Origin: Candidatus Latescibacterota bacterium
Lineage (GTDB): Bacteria > Latescibacterota > UBA2968 > UBA8231
Direction: 5' to 3'
Assembly (NCBI GenBank): GCA_965221775.1
Contig: CBDCSU010000005.1
Span: 864,001 to 928,000, forward strand
DNA length: 64,000 nucleotides
Every line of letters starts with the position of its first letter. Position 1 is the first letter of the stretch. The position numbers and the translations under genes are program-made. The notes beneath the pieces are model-generated. The model saw only the letters and a list, made by a program, of their open reading frames with translations. It had not been told where the DNA came from and searched no databases. This document shows, piece by piece, positions 51,688 to 64,000 of the stretch.

Positions 51688-52508
51688 TCGCCGGAGGAGC
51701 GGCGCCTCCGGCCCGCTGCCTCCCGCGGGGAGAGCAGTTCCGACAGCCGCTGCTTCAGCTCCGGCCCGTCGAGGCCGCGCACGAGCCCGCCGCCGACGGT
51801 GATCGAGATCGCCCGGGTCTCCTCGGAGATCACGATCGTCACCGCGTCGGTCTCCTGGGAAAGGCCGAGGGCGGCGCGGTGGCGCGTTCCCAGACGCTGG
51901 TCCTCCACCTCCTCCGCCAGGGGCAGGGTGCAGCGGGCGGCGAGGAGGGACTCCCCCTGGATGACCACCGCCTGATCGTGGAGGGGCGAACGCGGCGTGA
52001 AGATGGCGGTGAGCAGATCGGCGGAGACCTGGGCGTTGATCGGCACCCCCGAATCGACGACGGCCCCCAGGCCCGCCTCGCGGCCGAGGACGATCAGGGC
52101 GCCGTAGCCGCGCTCCGCCAGCTGCACCGAGCCGTTGACGACCTGGTCGATCACGCGCGACGGCTCGGTCTTGTAGAACCAACTGAGGAGGGGGCTCTGG
52201 CCGATGGCCAGCAGGAGCCGGCGCAGCTCGGGCTGAAAGAGGATGACGAGCAGGATCAGGAGGATCGACTGCACCTGCTCCAGCATCCACGCCAGGGCCA
52301 TCATCTCATGCTCCTGCCATCGCGCCGCCAGGGCCACGGAGACGAGCAGGAAGAGGCCGACGAGCATGTGGGCCCCGCGGTTGCCGCGGACCAGGGTGAG
52401 CAGCCGGTAGATGATCAGGGTGACGATCAGGAAGTCGAGGACCGACACCACCGTCACCGGGATGAACCCGAAGAGCTTGAAGAGGACGAGGCTGTCGCTC
52501 TGGATCAC
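51684..52508 (-). CDS. cdaA: Membrane diadenylate cyclase CdaA/DacA (DGA motif reads DQA)
   Basis: Three TM helices, LFQPELRR, GALIV, SPLHDQAVVI, GTRHRAALGLS, ISEET. Confidence 0.9.
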   Translation of the reverse strand: MIQSDSLVLFKLFGFIPVTVVSVLDFLIVTLIIYRLLTLVRGNRGAHMLVGLFLLVSVALAARWQEHEMMALAWMLEQVQSILLILLVILFQPELRRLLLAIGQSPLLSWFYKTEPSRVIDQVVNGSVQLAERGYGALIVLGREAGLGAVVDSGVPINAQVSADLLTAIFTPRSPLHDQAVVIQGESLLAARCTLPLAEEVEDQRLGTRHRAALGLSQETDAVTIVISEETRAISITVGGGLVRGLDGPELKQRLSELLSPREAAGRRRRSSGD

Positions 52509-53343
52509 GGAGCCGCCTCCAGAAAGCGCACGGCGCGGACCGTCTCCTTCACGTCGTGAACGCGCAGGGCCCGGGCCCCGTGAATGACGGCGAGGACCCC
52601 CGCCGCCAGGCTGGCTTCGAGGGCGTCGCCGGGTGTGAGGCCCATCGGCTTCCAGAGGAAGGACTTGCGCGATGCGCCCACGACCACGGGGCAGCCCCTC
52701 ACCGAGAACGACCCCGCCCGGCGCAGGAGCTCGTGGTTGCCGGCGAAGGACTTGCCGAAGCCGATCCCCGGGTCCACAGCGACGCGCTCCGCCGGGATCC
52801 CGTGGCGGGCGGCGTGATCGACCCGGCCCTCGAGGTAGCCTGCGACCTCACCGGTCAGGTCGTCGTAATGGGTGTTCCGCTGCATGGTGGCGGGGGTCCC
52901 GCGACGATGCATGAGGATCACGGGAGCGCCGGCCTCGGCCGCCGCCGGGGCCATCTCCTCGTCGTGGGCGAGAGCGCTGATGTCGTTGACGATGTCGGCA
53001 CCGGCGGCCAGCGCCTGGCGGGCGACCTCGGCCTTGACCGTGTCGACGGAGAGGGGGATGTCGCTGTGCCGCCGGATCGCCTCGATGACGGGCACGATTC
53101 GCCGCTCCTCCTCCGCCGCGGGCACCTCGGCCGCCGGGCCGTAGAGCGGCGGCCGGGTGGACTCGCCGCCCACGTCGACGATGTCGGCGCCCGCCTCGGC
53201 CTGGGACAGGGCCCGCTCCACGGCCGCGGAGGGCTCGGAGTAGCGGCCGCCGTCGTAGAACGAGTCCGGAGTCACGTTGAGGACCCCCATGACCTGCACC
53301 CGCTGGCCGAAGTCGATCCGGCGGCCCCCTGCCAGCTCCCAGA

Positions 53344-53347
<4 letters not shown>
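52505..53347 (-). CDS. folP: Dihydropteroate synthase
   Basis: MGVLNVTPDSFYDGG, GGESTRP, DPGIGFGK, SRKSF, RVHDV. Confidence 0.96.
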
Positions 53348-55365
<2,018 letters not shown>

Positions 55366-55373
55366 CGGGGCTC

Positions 55374-56795
55374 CTAGGACTCGAACTCGAGGTAGAGGAT
55401 TCGCCGACTGCCCGCCGCGACGCGATGGCGGTGGCTCCGGGCGAGGCCGGCGACCCAGAGGATCTCCTCTTCGGCGTCCGGGGTGGGCGGCCTGCGGGTC
55501 AGCAGCAGGGCCTCTGGCCGGAGGATCCTCGGCCACTTGGCGTCGATGAAGCAGTCGCTGAGCTTCTTGTGACGCCCCTTCATGCCCAAGGGTTGCAGGC
55601 GATCGCCGGGCCGCGGACTGCGCAACGACAATTCCCCCTCCGCCGCCCCGGCGTCGAAGGCAGCGCGCCAGCCGTCCAGGGACGGGCGAACCTCGTCGAA
55701 CCGCGCCGGATCGAGGAACCGCGCCTCCAGGGTGACCCTGCGCTCCGGAACCTGGGTGCGCCCCGGGAGCTCGACTCTGGCGTGGACACGGCAGGCCGGG
55801 CCGCGACGGAGGATCAGGCTGGCGCCGGTGCCCTGCACCCACAGACCGCCGGCGACCGACCGCAGGCCGGAGCCCCTGGCCGCCGCCTCGGAGGCCGCTT
55901 CCACGGCTGCCCGGGAGACCGGGGCGTGTTGCGCAAGCTCTTGAATATACTGACGTAACACACGCCGCCGGACGGCCCTATGATAGCCGAGGAGCCGTCC
56001 GGCATCAAGTGTGACCCCCTCCGGGTCCCGGCGCACCAGGGCCTGCCTCGCCGCCTTGCGGGCGACGCCGTCGAGATAGTCGTCCTCGTCGCGCAGCAGC
56101 GAGGCGGTACGCGACAGGACATCGACCACGGCGGGGTTGTGGCGCCGTCGCAGGCTCGGCAGCAACTCGTGGCGCACCCGGTTCCGGGGCACCGCCAGGT
56201 CGCGGTTGCCGGGATCCTCGCGGAACTCGATGTCCTCCCGGCAGGCGTGATCGCGGATCTGTGCGCGGCTGGCAGACAGCAGTGGACGGAGGACACCGGG
56301 GGCGCGCACCGGGGACATGGCCCCGAGCCCGGTGGAACCCGCCCCGCGGAGCAGCCGCAGGAGGAGGGTCTCGGCCTGATCGTCGGCGTGATGGGCGACG
56401 GCCACCCACCGGCACCCGGACTGCCGCCGGACCCGCTCGAACAGGGCGTACCGGGCCTCCCGGCCCTCCTCCTCCAGGGACCTCCCGGACCGCCGAGCCT
56501 CTCCGGCGACGTCGACGGCCTCGACCGTGACCGGCAGCCCGAGCCCCTCGGCGGCGGCGGCCACGAAGCGGGCATCCTCGGCGGATTCCGCGCGCAACCG
56601 GTGATCCAGATGGGCGACGTGCAGCTGCAGCCGGCGCGATGCGCGGGTCCGGTGCAGGAGATCCAGCAGGACCATGGAGTCGAGGCCGCCGGAGACGGCG
56701 GCGACGATACCGTCTCCATGGGCAACCCCGGCCTCCCCCAATGCATGGTCGAGGACGGCCTCGAGGTCCTTCTGCGGTCCGCTGGCTGGGCTCAT
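55374..56795 (-). CDS. tilS: tRNA(Ile)-lysidine synthase
   Basis: SGGLDS, HLDHRLR, AHHADDQAET, RPLL, RNRVR, C-terminal PGDR...KKL. Confidence 0.94.
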   Translation of the reverse strand: MSPASGPQKDLEAVLDHALGEAGVAHGDGIVAAVSGGLDSMVLLDLLHRTRASRRLQLHVAHLDHRLRAESAEDARFVAAAAEGLGLPVTVEAVDVAGEARRSGRSLEEEGREARYALFERVRRQSGCRWVAVAHHADDQAETLLLRLLRGAGSTGLGAMSPVRAPGVLRPLLSASRAQIRDHACREDIEFREDPGNRDLAVPRNRVRHELLPSLRRRHNPAVVDVLSRTASLLRDEDDYLDGVARKAARQALVRRDPEGVTLDAGRLLGYHRAVRRRVLRQYIQELAQHAPVSRAAVEAASEAAARGSGLRSVAGGLWVQGTGASLILRRGPACRVHARVELPGRTQVPERRVTLEARFLDPARFDEVRPSLDGWRAAFDAGAAEGELSLRSPRPGDRLQPLGMKGRHKKLSDCFIDAKWPRILRPEALLLTRRPPTPDAEEEILWVAGLARSHRHRVAAGSRRILYLEFES

Positions 56796-56850
56796 GTCAG
56801 ATCCGGGTGGGCGGCGGCCACGCCCCCCTGGGGAATCGCCCCGGCCTAGA

Positions 56851-59800
56851 TCATTCGGAAACCGTGATCCCGAGCGGCTCGGTCCACTCGCTGACACGGT
56901 CGTCGATGTCGACCGCCCGCACACGGTAATAGTAGGTCTGACCGCGCCTCACGGTGTTGTCTTCCCGGGTGGTGCTGAACTCGTGAGGCAGGATCTCGGT
57001 GTAGTCGCCGTCCCAGGTGCTGTTGGCCACCGTCGTCCGCTGTACCTCGTAGTGCAGGATGGCGCCCTTCGACGCCGTCCAGGTGATCGTCACCACGGGT
57101 CGGTCGTTGGGATTGGACGGGGTGGCCGCGACGAGCCGCACGTGGGTGGGCATCTCGACGCCGCCCGTGGTCGCCTCGGCGGTCTCCGACCTCGGGCCGA
57201 CATTGCCCTCGGCATCGAAGGCCTGCACCTGGTAGTAGTAGGTGGTCTGCTGCGACAGGGCGGTGTCGACGAAGGTGCTCGTCACGCTCGAGTCGAGCGT
57301 CGCGAACTCGCCGCCCTCCTCGTCGGCGCGGTAGATGACATAGCCACTCACGCCGGTGAGCCTGCTCCCGTCCTCGTCGCGCCTCGGGGGCCGCCACGAC
57401 AGCTCGAGCTGGTCGGGATGCTCCGGCACCGGCCGCCCCGTGACCCGGGAGGGCGCCTCCGGCGCCTGGACATCCAGCAGGACGGTGGCGCCGCTGAAGG
57501 CGGAGGGCGCGCTCTCTCCGGAGGGGGTCACCACGGTGACACGGTAGTAGAGGACCTGTCCGCTCGTCAGGTTGGAGTCGATGTAGCTCGTCTGGCCGGT
57601 GGTGAAGGGCGTGCCCTCGGCGCCGGCGAGACGCGCATACCCCTCGTCGGGACGGCGGGAACGGTAGACGTTGTAGCCGATCAGCTCGTCGTCGTCGCTG
57701 GGACTCCAGGTGAGGACGACGCGGCTCACCTCGCCGGTGGCGGAGACCGCGGCCGGGGAGGCGATCCCCGGGGTGGTGGCCGACACGGCGAGAGCCCGAG
57801 GACTGACGTTGCCGGAGGCGTCGGCGGCGCTGACCGAGTAGTAGTAGATCGTCGCCGGCTCGAGCCCGGTATCCGTGAAGGTGATCGATCCGGCATCGAC
57901 CGTATCGACCGCGGTCAGGGCCTCCGGACCATCCTCGGACCGGTAGACGATGAAGCTGCTCAAGCCGGTCAGATCGCCGCCCCCAAGGTCGGTGCGAGGC
58001 CTGGTCCAGCGGAGGGACACCTCGGCCCGGCCTTCGTCGGCGATGGCCACGAGGCCGGTGGGGGTGTCCGGAGCCACATCGTCAGCCCCCGCAGTACCGC
58101 TGACGATCACCGAGGGCTCGCCCTCGAACTGGGCGGTGACGGCCGTGACCCTGTAGTAGACCAACTCGCCGGCACCGAGACTGGAGTCGACGAAGGTGGT
58201 GCGGCCCGTGCTGAACGCCTCTCCGCCGTCTCCCTCCAGGCGCGAGAAGGGCTCGTCCGGACGCGCCGCCCGGTAGACGTTGTATCCGAGAAGGTCGGTG
58301 TGGTCCACCGCCCCCCAGCTCAACTCGATGCGGCCGATGCCGTCCACCACCGCCACATTCCCCGGGGCCGGAACGCCTGACGTGGTCACCCGGACGGCGG
58401 CGGACGGGACGCTCTCGTTGCCGGCGCCGTCGACCGCGATCAAGGCGTAGCGGTAGGTCGTGAGCCCCGCAAGTCCGGAATCTTCGAAGCGGCGATCGTC
58501 CGAGCCAAGGGTGGCCGTGCGCACGAAGGAGCCCTCCCCTTCGGCGCGGAGCAGGACGAACCCCGACAGGCCGGTCAGTGGGCCCCCGTCCGCGTCGTGG
58601 GAGGGCGCGCTCCAGCGCAGGGTGATCCGCGAAGGATCCGAGGGGACCGGCTCGGCTTCCACTCCCCGGGGCGCCCCCGGCGCGCGCTCGTCTGCAAGGG
58701 ACGTGGCCCCCACGAAGCCCGACAGCTCGCTCCACACGCCGTCCGAGCCCACCGAGCGGACCTTGTAGTAGTACCGCTGGCCCCCCGGCAGGTTGCTGTC
58801 CACGTAGCTCGTCAGACCCGTCGTGAACGAGGTTCCCTCCGCCCCCGCCAGGCGACGATACTCCCCGTCCGACGTCGACGAGCGATACACGTCGTAGCCG
58901 GCCAGCGAGGGCTCCCCCACCGCCGTCCAGCTCAACTCGATCCGCCCGATCCCCGAGTCCGCCCGCAACCCCGAGGGAGACGGCAACCCCGATGTCGTCA
59001 CCGACACCGAGGCGCTCGCGCGGCTCGCGTTCCCGGAGCCGTCGAAGGCCACCACGCTGTACGAATACGTCGTCCGGCTCTTCAGACCCGTGTCCCGATA
59101 CGCCCGCTCATCCCGAGACAGCGTGTCCACCGCCACCGAGCCCCCCGTCCCCTCCGAGCGAAGCACCACGTACCCCGAGAGACCCGACAGCTCCTCACCC
59201 CCCGCGTCCGTCTCCGGGGCGCTCCAGCGAACCACCACCTCCCCCGGCGTCTCCGACGCTACCGCCGAGACCGAATGAGGGGATTCCGGCGCCCGCTCGT
59301 CCGCAAGGGACGTAGCCCCCACGAAGCCCGACAGCTCACTCAGAACACCGTCGCTGCCCACTGAACGAACCTTGTAGTAATACCGCTGGCCCCCCGACAG
59401 GTTGCTGTCCACGTAGCTCGTCAGGCCCGTCGTGAACGACGTACCCTCCGCCCCCGCCAGGCGACGATACTCCCCGTCCGACGTCGACGAGCGATACACG
59501 TCGTAGCCGGCCAGCGAGGGCTCCCCCACCGCCGTCCAGCTCAACTCGATCCGCCCGATCCCCGAAGCCGCCTGCAACCCCGAGGGAGACGGCAAACCCG
59601 AGGTCGTCACCGACACCGAGGCGCTCGCACGGCTCGCGTTCCCGGAGCCGTCGAAGGCCACCACGCTGTACGAATACGTCGTCCGGCTCTTCAGACCCGT
59701 GTCCCGATACGCCCGCTCATCCCGAGACAGCGTGTCCACCGCCACCGAGCCCCCCGTCCCCTCCGAGCGAAGCACCACGTACCCCGAGAGACCCGACAGC

Positions 59801-62751
59801 TCCTCACCCCCCGCGTCCGACTCCGGAGCGCTCCAGCGAACCACCACCTCCCCCGGCGTCTCCGACGCTACCGCCGAGACCGAATGAGGGGATTCCGGCG
59901 CCCGCTCGTCCGCAAGGGACGTAGCCCCCACGAAGCCCGACAGCTCACTCAGAACACCGTCGCTGCCCACTGAACGAACCTTGTAGTAATACCGCTGGCC
60001 CCCCGACAGGTTGCTGTCCACGTAGCTCGTCAGACCCGTCGTGAACGACGTACCCTCCGCCCCCGACAGGCGACGATACTCCCCGTCCGACGTCGACGAG
60101 CGATACACGTCGTAGCCGGCCAGCGAGGGCTCCCCCACCGCCGTCCAGCTCAACTCGATCCGCCCGATCCCCGAAGCCGCCTGCAAGTCCGAGGGAGACG
60201 GCAAACCCGAGGTCGTCACCGACACCGAGGCGCTCGCACGGCTCGCGTTCCCCGAGCCGTCGAAAGCCACCACGCTGTACGAATACGTCGTCCGGCTCTT
60301 CAGACCCGTGTCCCGATACGCCCGCTCATCCCGAGACAGCGTGTCCACCGCCACCGAGCCCCCCGTCCCCTCCGAACGAAGCACCACGTACCCCGAGAGA
60401 CCCGACAGCTCCTCACCCCCCGCGTCCGACTCCGGAGCGCTCCAGCGAACCACCACCTCCCCCGGCGTCTCCGACGCTACCGCCGAGACCGAATGAGGAG
60501 ACTCCGGCGCGCGCTCGTCCGCAAGGGACGTGGCCCCCACGAAGCCCGACAGCTCACTCCACACGCCGTCCGAGCCCACCGAGCGAACCTTGTAGTAATA
60601 CCGCTGGCCCCCCGACAGGTTGCTGTCCACGTAGCTCGTCAGACCCGTCGTGAACGACGTACCCTCCGCGCCCACCAGACGCCGATACTCCCCGTCCGAC
60701 GTCGACGAGCGATACACGTCGTAGCCGGCCAGCGAGGGCTCCCCCACCGCCGTCCAGCTCAACTCGATCCGCCCGATCCCCGAAGCCGCCTGCAAGTCCG
60801 AGGGAGACGGCAAACCCGAGGTCGTCACCGACACCGAGGCGCTCGCACGGCTCGCGTTCCCGGAGCCGTCGAAGGCCACCACGCTGTACGAATACGTCGT
60901 CCGGCTCTTCAGACCCGTGTCCCGATACGCCCGCTCATCCCGAGACAGCGTGTCCACCGCCACCGAGCCCCCCGTCCCCTCCGAGCGAAGCACCACGTAC
61001 CCCGAGAGACCCGACAGCTCCTCACCCCCCGCGTCCGACTCGAGCGCTCCAGCGAACCACCACCTCCCCCGGCGTCTCCGACGCTACCGCCGAGACCGAA
61101 TGAGGAGACTCCGGCGCGCGCTCGTCCGCAAGGGACGTAGCCCCCACGAAACCCGACAGCTCACTCAGAACACCGTCGCTGCCCACTGAACGAACCTTGT
61201 AGTAATACCGCTGGCCCCCCGACAGGTTGCTGTCCACGTAGCTCGTCAGGCCCGTCGTGAACGACGTACCCTCCGCCCCCGCCAGGCGACGATACTCCCC
61301 GTCCGACGTCGACGAGCGATACACGTCGTAGCCGGCCAGCGAGGGCTCCCCCACCGCCGTCCAGCTCAACTCGATCCGCCCGATCCCCGAAGCCGCCTGC
61401 AACCCCGAGGGAGACGGCAAACCCGAGGTCGTCACCGACACCGAGGCGCTCGCACGGCTCGCGTTCCCGGAGCCGTCGAAGGCCACCACGCTGTACGAAT
61501 ACGTCGTCCGGCTCTTCAGACCCGTGTCCCGATAGCCCGCTCATCCCGAGACAGCGTGTCCACCGCCACCGAGCCCCCCGTCCCCTCCGAGCGAAGCACC
61601 ACGTACCCCGAGAGACCCGACAGCTCCTCACCCCCCGCGTCCGACTCCGGAGCGCTCCAGCGAACCACCACCTCCCCCGGCGTCTCCGACGCTACCGCCG
61701 AGACCGAATGAGGGGATTCCGGCGCCCGCTCGTCCGCAAGGGACGTAGCCCCCACGAAGCCCGACAGCTCACTCAGAACACCGTCGCTGCCCACTGAACG
61801 AACCTTGTAGTAATACCGCTGGCCCCCCGACAGGTTGCTGTCCACGTAGCTCGTCAGACCCGTCGTGAACGACGTACCCTCCGCCCCCGACAGGCGACGA
61901 TACTCCCCGTCCGACGTCGACGAGCGATACACGTCGTAGCCGGCCAGCGAGGGCTCCCCCACCGCCGTCCAGCTCAACTCGATCCGCCCGATCCCCGAAG
62001 CCGCCTGCAACCCCGAGGGAGACGGCAACCCCGATGTCGTCACCGACACCGAGGCGCTCGCACGGCTCGCGTTCCCCGAGCCGTCGAAAGCCACCACGCT
62101 GTACGAATACGTCGTCCGGCTCTTCAGACCCGTGTCCCGATACGCCCGCTCATCCCGAGACAGCGTGTCCACCGCCACCGAGCCCCCCGTCCCCTCCGAA
62201 CGAAGCACCACGTACCCCGAGAGACCCGACAGCTCCTCACCCCCCGCGTCCGACTCCGGAGCGCTCCAGCGAACCACCACCTCCCCCGGCGTCTCCGACG
62301 CTACCGCCGAGACCGAATGAGGAGACTCCGGCGCGCGCTCGTCCGCAAGGGACGTAGCCCCCACGAAACCCGACAGCTCGCTGCGAAGACCGCTGGTGTC
62401 GACGGCCGCCACCCGGTAGAAGAAGGTGCGGATCTCGCCGCGGATGGTGTCGTCGAAGGTGGTCTTGCCGGTCGTGATCCCCGCCGTCGAATCGCCCTCT
62501 CCGGAGACAAAGGTGAAGGTGCCGTTGGAGCGGTCGGAGCGCAGGACGGCGTAGCCCGCCAGATCCGGGTCGGTCACCGGCTGCCAGGCCAGGCGGATAC
62601 GTCCGATCTCTCCCCGGGCCGAAACCTCCGCCGGGGTCGCCGGCCGGCCCTGGACCAGATCGGCCTGGGGATCTAGGGGGTTGCTGCGGTCGCGATCGCA
62701 GCCCACGGCGAGGAGGGCGAGCAGCAGGGCGCCGGCGGCGATGCTCTTCAT
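56851..62751 (-). CDS. Giant fibronectin type III repeat surface lipoprotein (~1,970 aa, ~19 FN3 domains if joined); two frameshifts in this assembly
   Basis: Lipobox LAVGC followed by RSNPLDP. FN3 motifs (LSW, GYxVYRS, Y.D..L, YYY.V). Split over ORFs 61516..62877, 61022..61489 and 56851..60996 by a 1-bp deletion near 61534 and a 2-bp deletion near 61041. Confidence 0.85.
58690..62380 (-). repeat. Six near-identical 609-bp tandem repeats (203 aa, two FN3 domains each)
   Basis: Anchor ACCACCACCTCCCCCGGCGTC at 59231, 59840, 60449, 61056, 61664 and 62273 (spacings 609, 609, 607, 608, 609). Confidence 0.95.
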
Positions 62752-62770
62752 GGCAGGGGCTTCACCCGGA

Positions 62771-63307
62771 TCAGTGGAAGCGGCGCTGCAGCCGGAGCCC
62801 GAGTACCCGGGGCGCCGCGACCGGTACCAGGGAGAGGGAGGGGCTGCCCGCCGAGGCGGCGCCGCGGAACTCGCCACCGCCGGTGAACAGGAGACGCAGG
62901 CCGGTCACGCCGCAGGCGGCGGCCAGGGCCCAGCTGACCTGACTCTTCACGTCCCGGTTGGTGGTGCGCTGGTAGAGCTTCTGGATCTCGGCCTGGTCGT
63001 CGGCGGCCTTGTAGGCCTCGTAGAAGGCGTCGGCCTCGTCCTTGTAATCGAATCCCCGGGCGGTGAGGGCGGCGCCGCCCGCGAGAAAGGCCAGGCCGAG
63101 GGTTCGGCGAAACGTGATCAGCGACCCGGACCCGTCGGCCTCGGAGCCCTGCATGGCCGCCGGCCGCTCGACGGCGGCCCCGGACCCCGGGGGCGGCGCC
63201 GCGTCGGATGCCGCGGCAGCGGCCAGGGGCAGCAGGCCGAGGGCGATGCACGCGGGCAGGGCCCGAAGGAGGGTGGAAGCACTGGGGGGAACCAGGGTCA
63301 TCTGCAC
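62771..63307 (-). CDS. Hypothetical exported/membrane protein co-transcribed with the FN3 lipoprotein
   Basis: Signal-like N-terminus, hydrophobic helix - ADAFYEAYK helix - hydrophobic helix, terminal beta-strand-like GLRLQRRF. Start uncertain. Confidence 0.6.
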   Translation of the reverse strand: MQMTLVPPSASTLLRALPACIALGLLPLAAAAASDAAPPPGSGAAVERPAAMQGSEADGSGSLITFRRTLGLAFLAGGAALTARGFDYKDEADAFYEAYKAADDQAEIQKLYQRTTNRDVKSQVSWALAAACGVTGLRLLFTGGGEFRGAASAGSPSLSLVPVAAPRVLGLRLQRRFH

Positions 63308-63375
63308 GGCCGTGAAGCGCCCGGGAATGCGCCAACTCCATGAAACTTGTGGACTTACGTTAGGTTGCGGAGACT

Positions 63376-63404
63376 ACGGTAGAGACTAGGGTGGACTTTG
63401 TCAA
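63376..63404 (-). promoter_or_regulatory. Putative sigma70 promoter of the FN3 lipoprotein operon
   Basis: Minus strand TTGACA (63404-63399), 17 bp, TACCGT (63381-63376). Confidence 0.55.
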
Positions 63405-63454
63405 CCAGGGTCCGGGAGGCCTTTCCGTCTCGCCGGAGCCGGGCGTCTGAGGCA

Positions 63455-63483
63455 TTGACAAATGAACGAATGTTCAGTATCGT
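63455..63483 (+). promoter_or_regulatory. lexA promoter containing an SOS box
   Basis: TTGACA (63455-63460), 17 bp, TATCGT (63478-63483). Palindrome TGAAC-GAAT-GTTCA at 63463-63476 lies in the spacer. Confidence 0.8.
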
Positions 63484-63549
63484 TGATGCGATTCGGCAGC
63501 CTGGATCGGGACGCGCGCCCGACATCACGGAGAGAGAGGAGGCCAGGCC

Positions 63550-64000
63550 ATGGCCAAGCAACTGACCCAGCGCCAGCAGGCGATCTTCGACTTCATCGCC
63601 GGCATCATCCGCCGGCGAGGGGCCCCGCCCACGATCCGCGAGATCATGGAGCAGTTCGGCATCAGCTCCACCAACGGGGTCCGCACCACCCTGGCCGCCC
63701 TCGAGAAGAAGGGACACATCCGCCGCCATCCCCGGCTGTCGCGGGGCATCGAGCTGGTGGACGGCCCCTACCTGCCCGAGCACGCGACGGTGCAGGTTCC
63801 CGTTCTCGGACGGGTCGCGGCCGGCGCCCCGATCCTGGCGGAGGAGAACGTGGAAGACACCATCCACGTCGATCCGTCCCTGGCGCCGGCTTCGGGACGA
63901 GCCTTCGCCCTGCGCGTGCGCGGCGACAGCATGACCGACGCCGGCATCCTCGACGGCGACATCGTCGTCGCCCGCCAGCAGGAGACGGCGGACCGCGGCG
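63550..64000 (+). CDS. lexA: LexA SOS repressor (3' end beyond the window; absent from the ORF track)
   Basis: Manual translation MAKQLTQRQQAIFDFI...PPTIREI...SSTNGV...LEKKGHI...RGIE...VPVLGRVAAGAPILAEEN...FALRVRGDSM..AGILDGD shows the Ala-Gly cleavage site and catalytic Ser. GGAGG RBS. Confidence 0.95.
   Translation, partial: MAKQLTQRQQAIFDFIAGIIRRRGAPPTIREIMEQFGISSTNGVRTTLAALEKKGHIRRHPRLSRGIELVDGPYLPEHATVQVPVLGRVAAGAPILAEENVEDTIHVDPSLAPASGRAFALRVRGDSMTDAGILDGDIVVARQQETADRG

Noticed and set aside
55366-55373. Absence of hpt between tilS and ftsH
   Set aside because: Direct tilS-ftsH adjacency is common in many phyla and is not informative.
58690-62380. Possible diversity-generating retroelement template/variable repeats
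   Set aside because: No reverse transcriptase in the window, the differences are not adenine-specific, and the units are tandem coding domains.

Overview
High-GC chromosomal window from a diderm bacterium: it encodes Omp85 barrels, a TonB-dependent receptor and lipoproteins. Gene content (PhyH dioxygenase, many peptidases and enolase-superfamily enzymes, a giant FN3-repeat lipoprotein) is reminiscent of Latescibacterota/Gemmatimonadota-like, possibly host-associated lineages; this is inference only. Core genes: ilvBN, ppdK, parAB, larB, mobA, cyoE, ligA, argR-argB-argD-argH, tilS-ftsH-folP-cdaA and a 3'-truncated lexA that the ORF track misses. No rRNA, tRNA, CRISPR array, integrase or transposase was recognised. 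Most notable: (1) an ARG-box-controlled arg operon extended by three uncharacterised enolase-superfamily genes (one lacking its catalytic lysines and carrying a 72-bp triplication) and an M20 amidohydrolase; (2) a ~1,970-aa FN3 surface lipoprotein with six near-identical 609-bp tandem units, shuffled variants, aberrant codon use and two frameshifts; (3) a GAAC-N4-GTTC SOS box inside the lexA promoter; (4) a CdaA with DQA replacing the DGA motif; (5) an Omp85/hydrolase/Omp85/MFS module; (6) an MNT-HEPN toxin-antitoxin pair beside an AT-rich scar.
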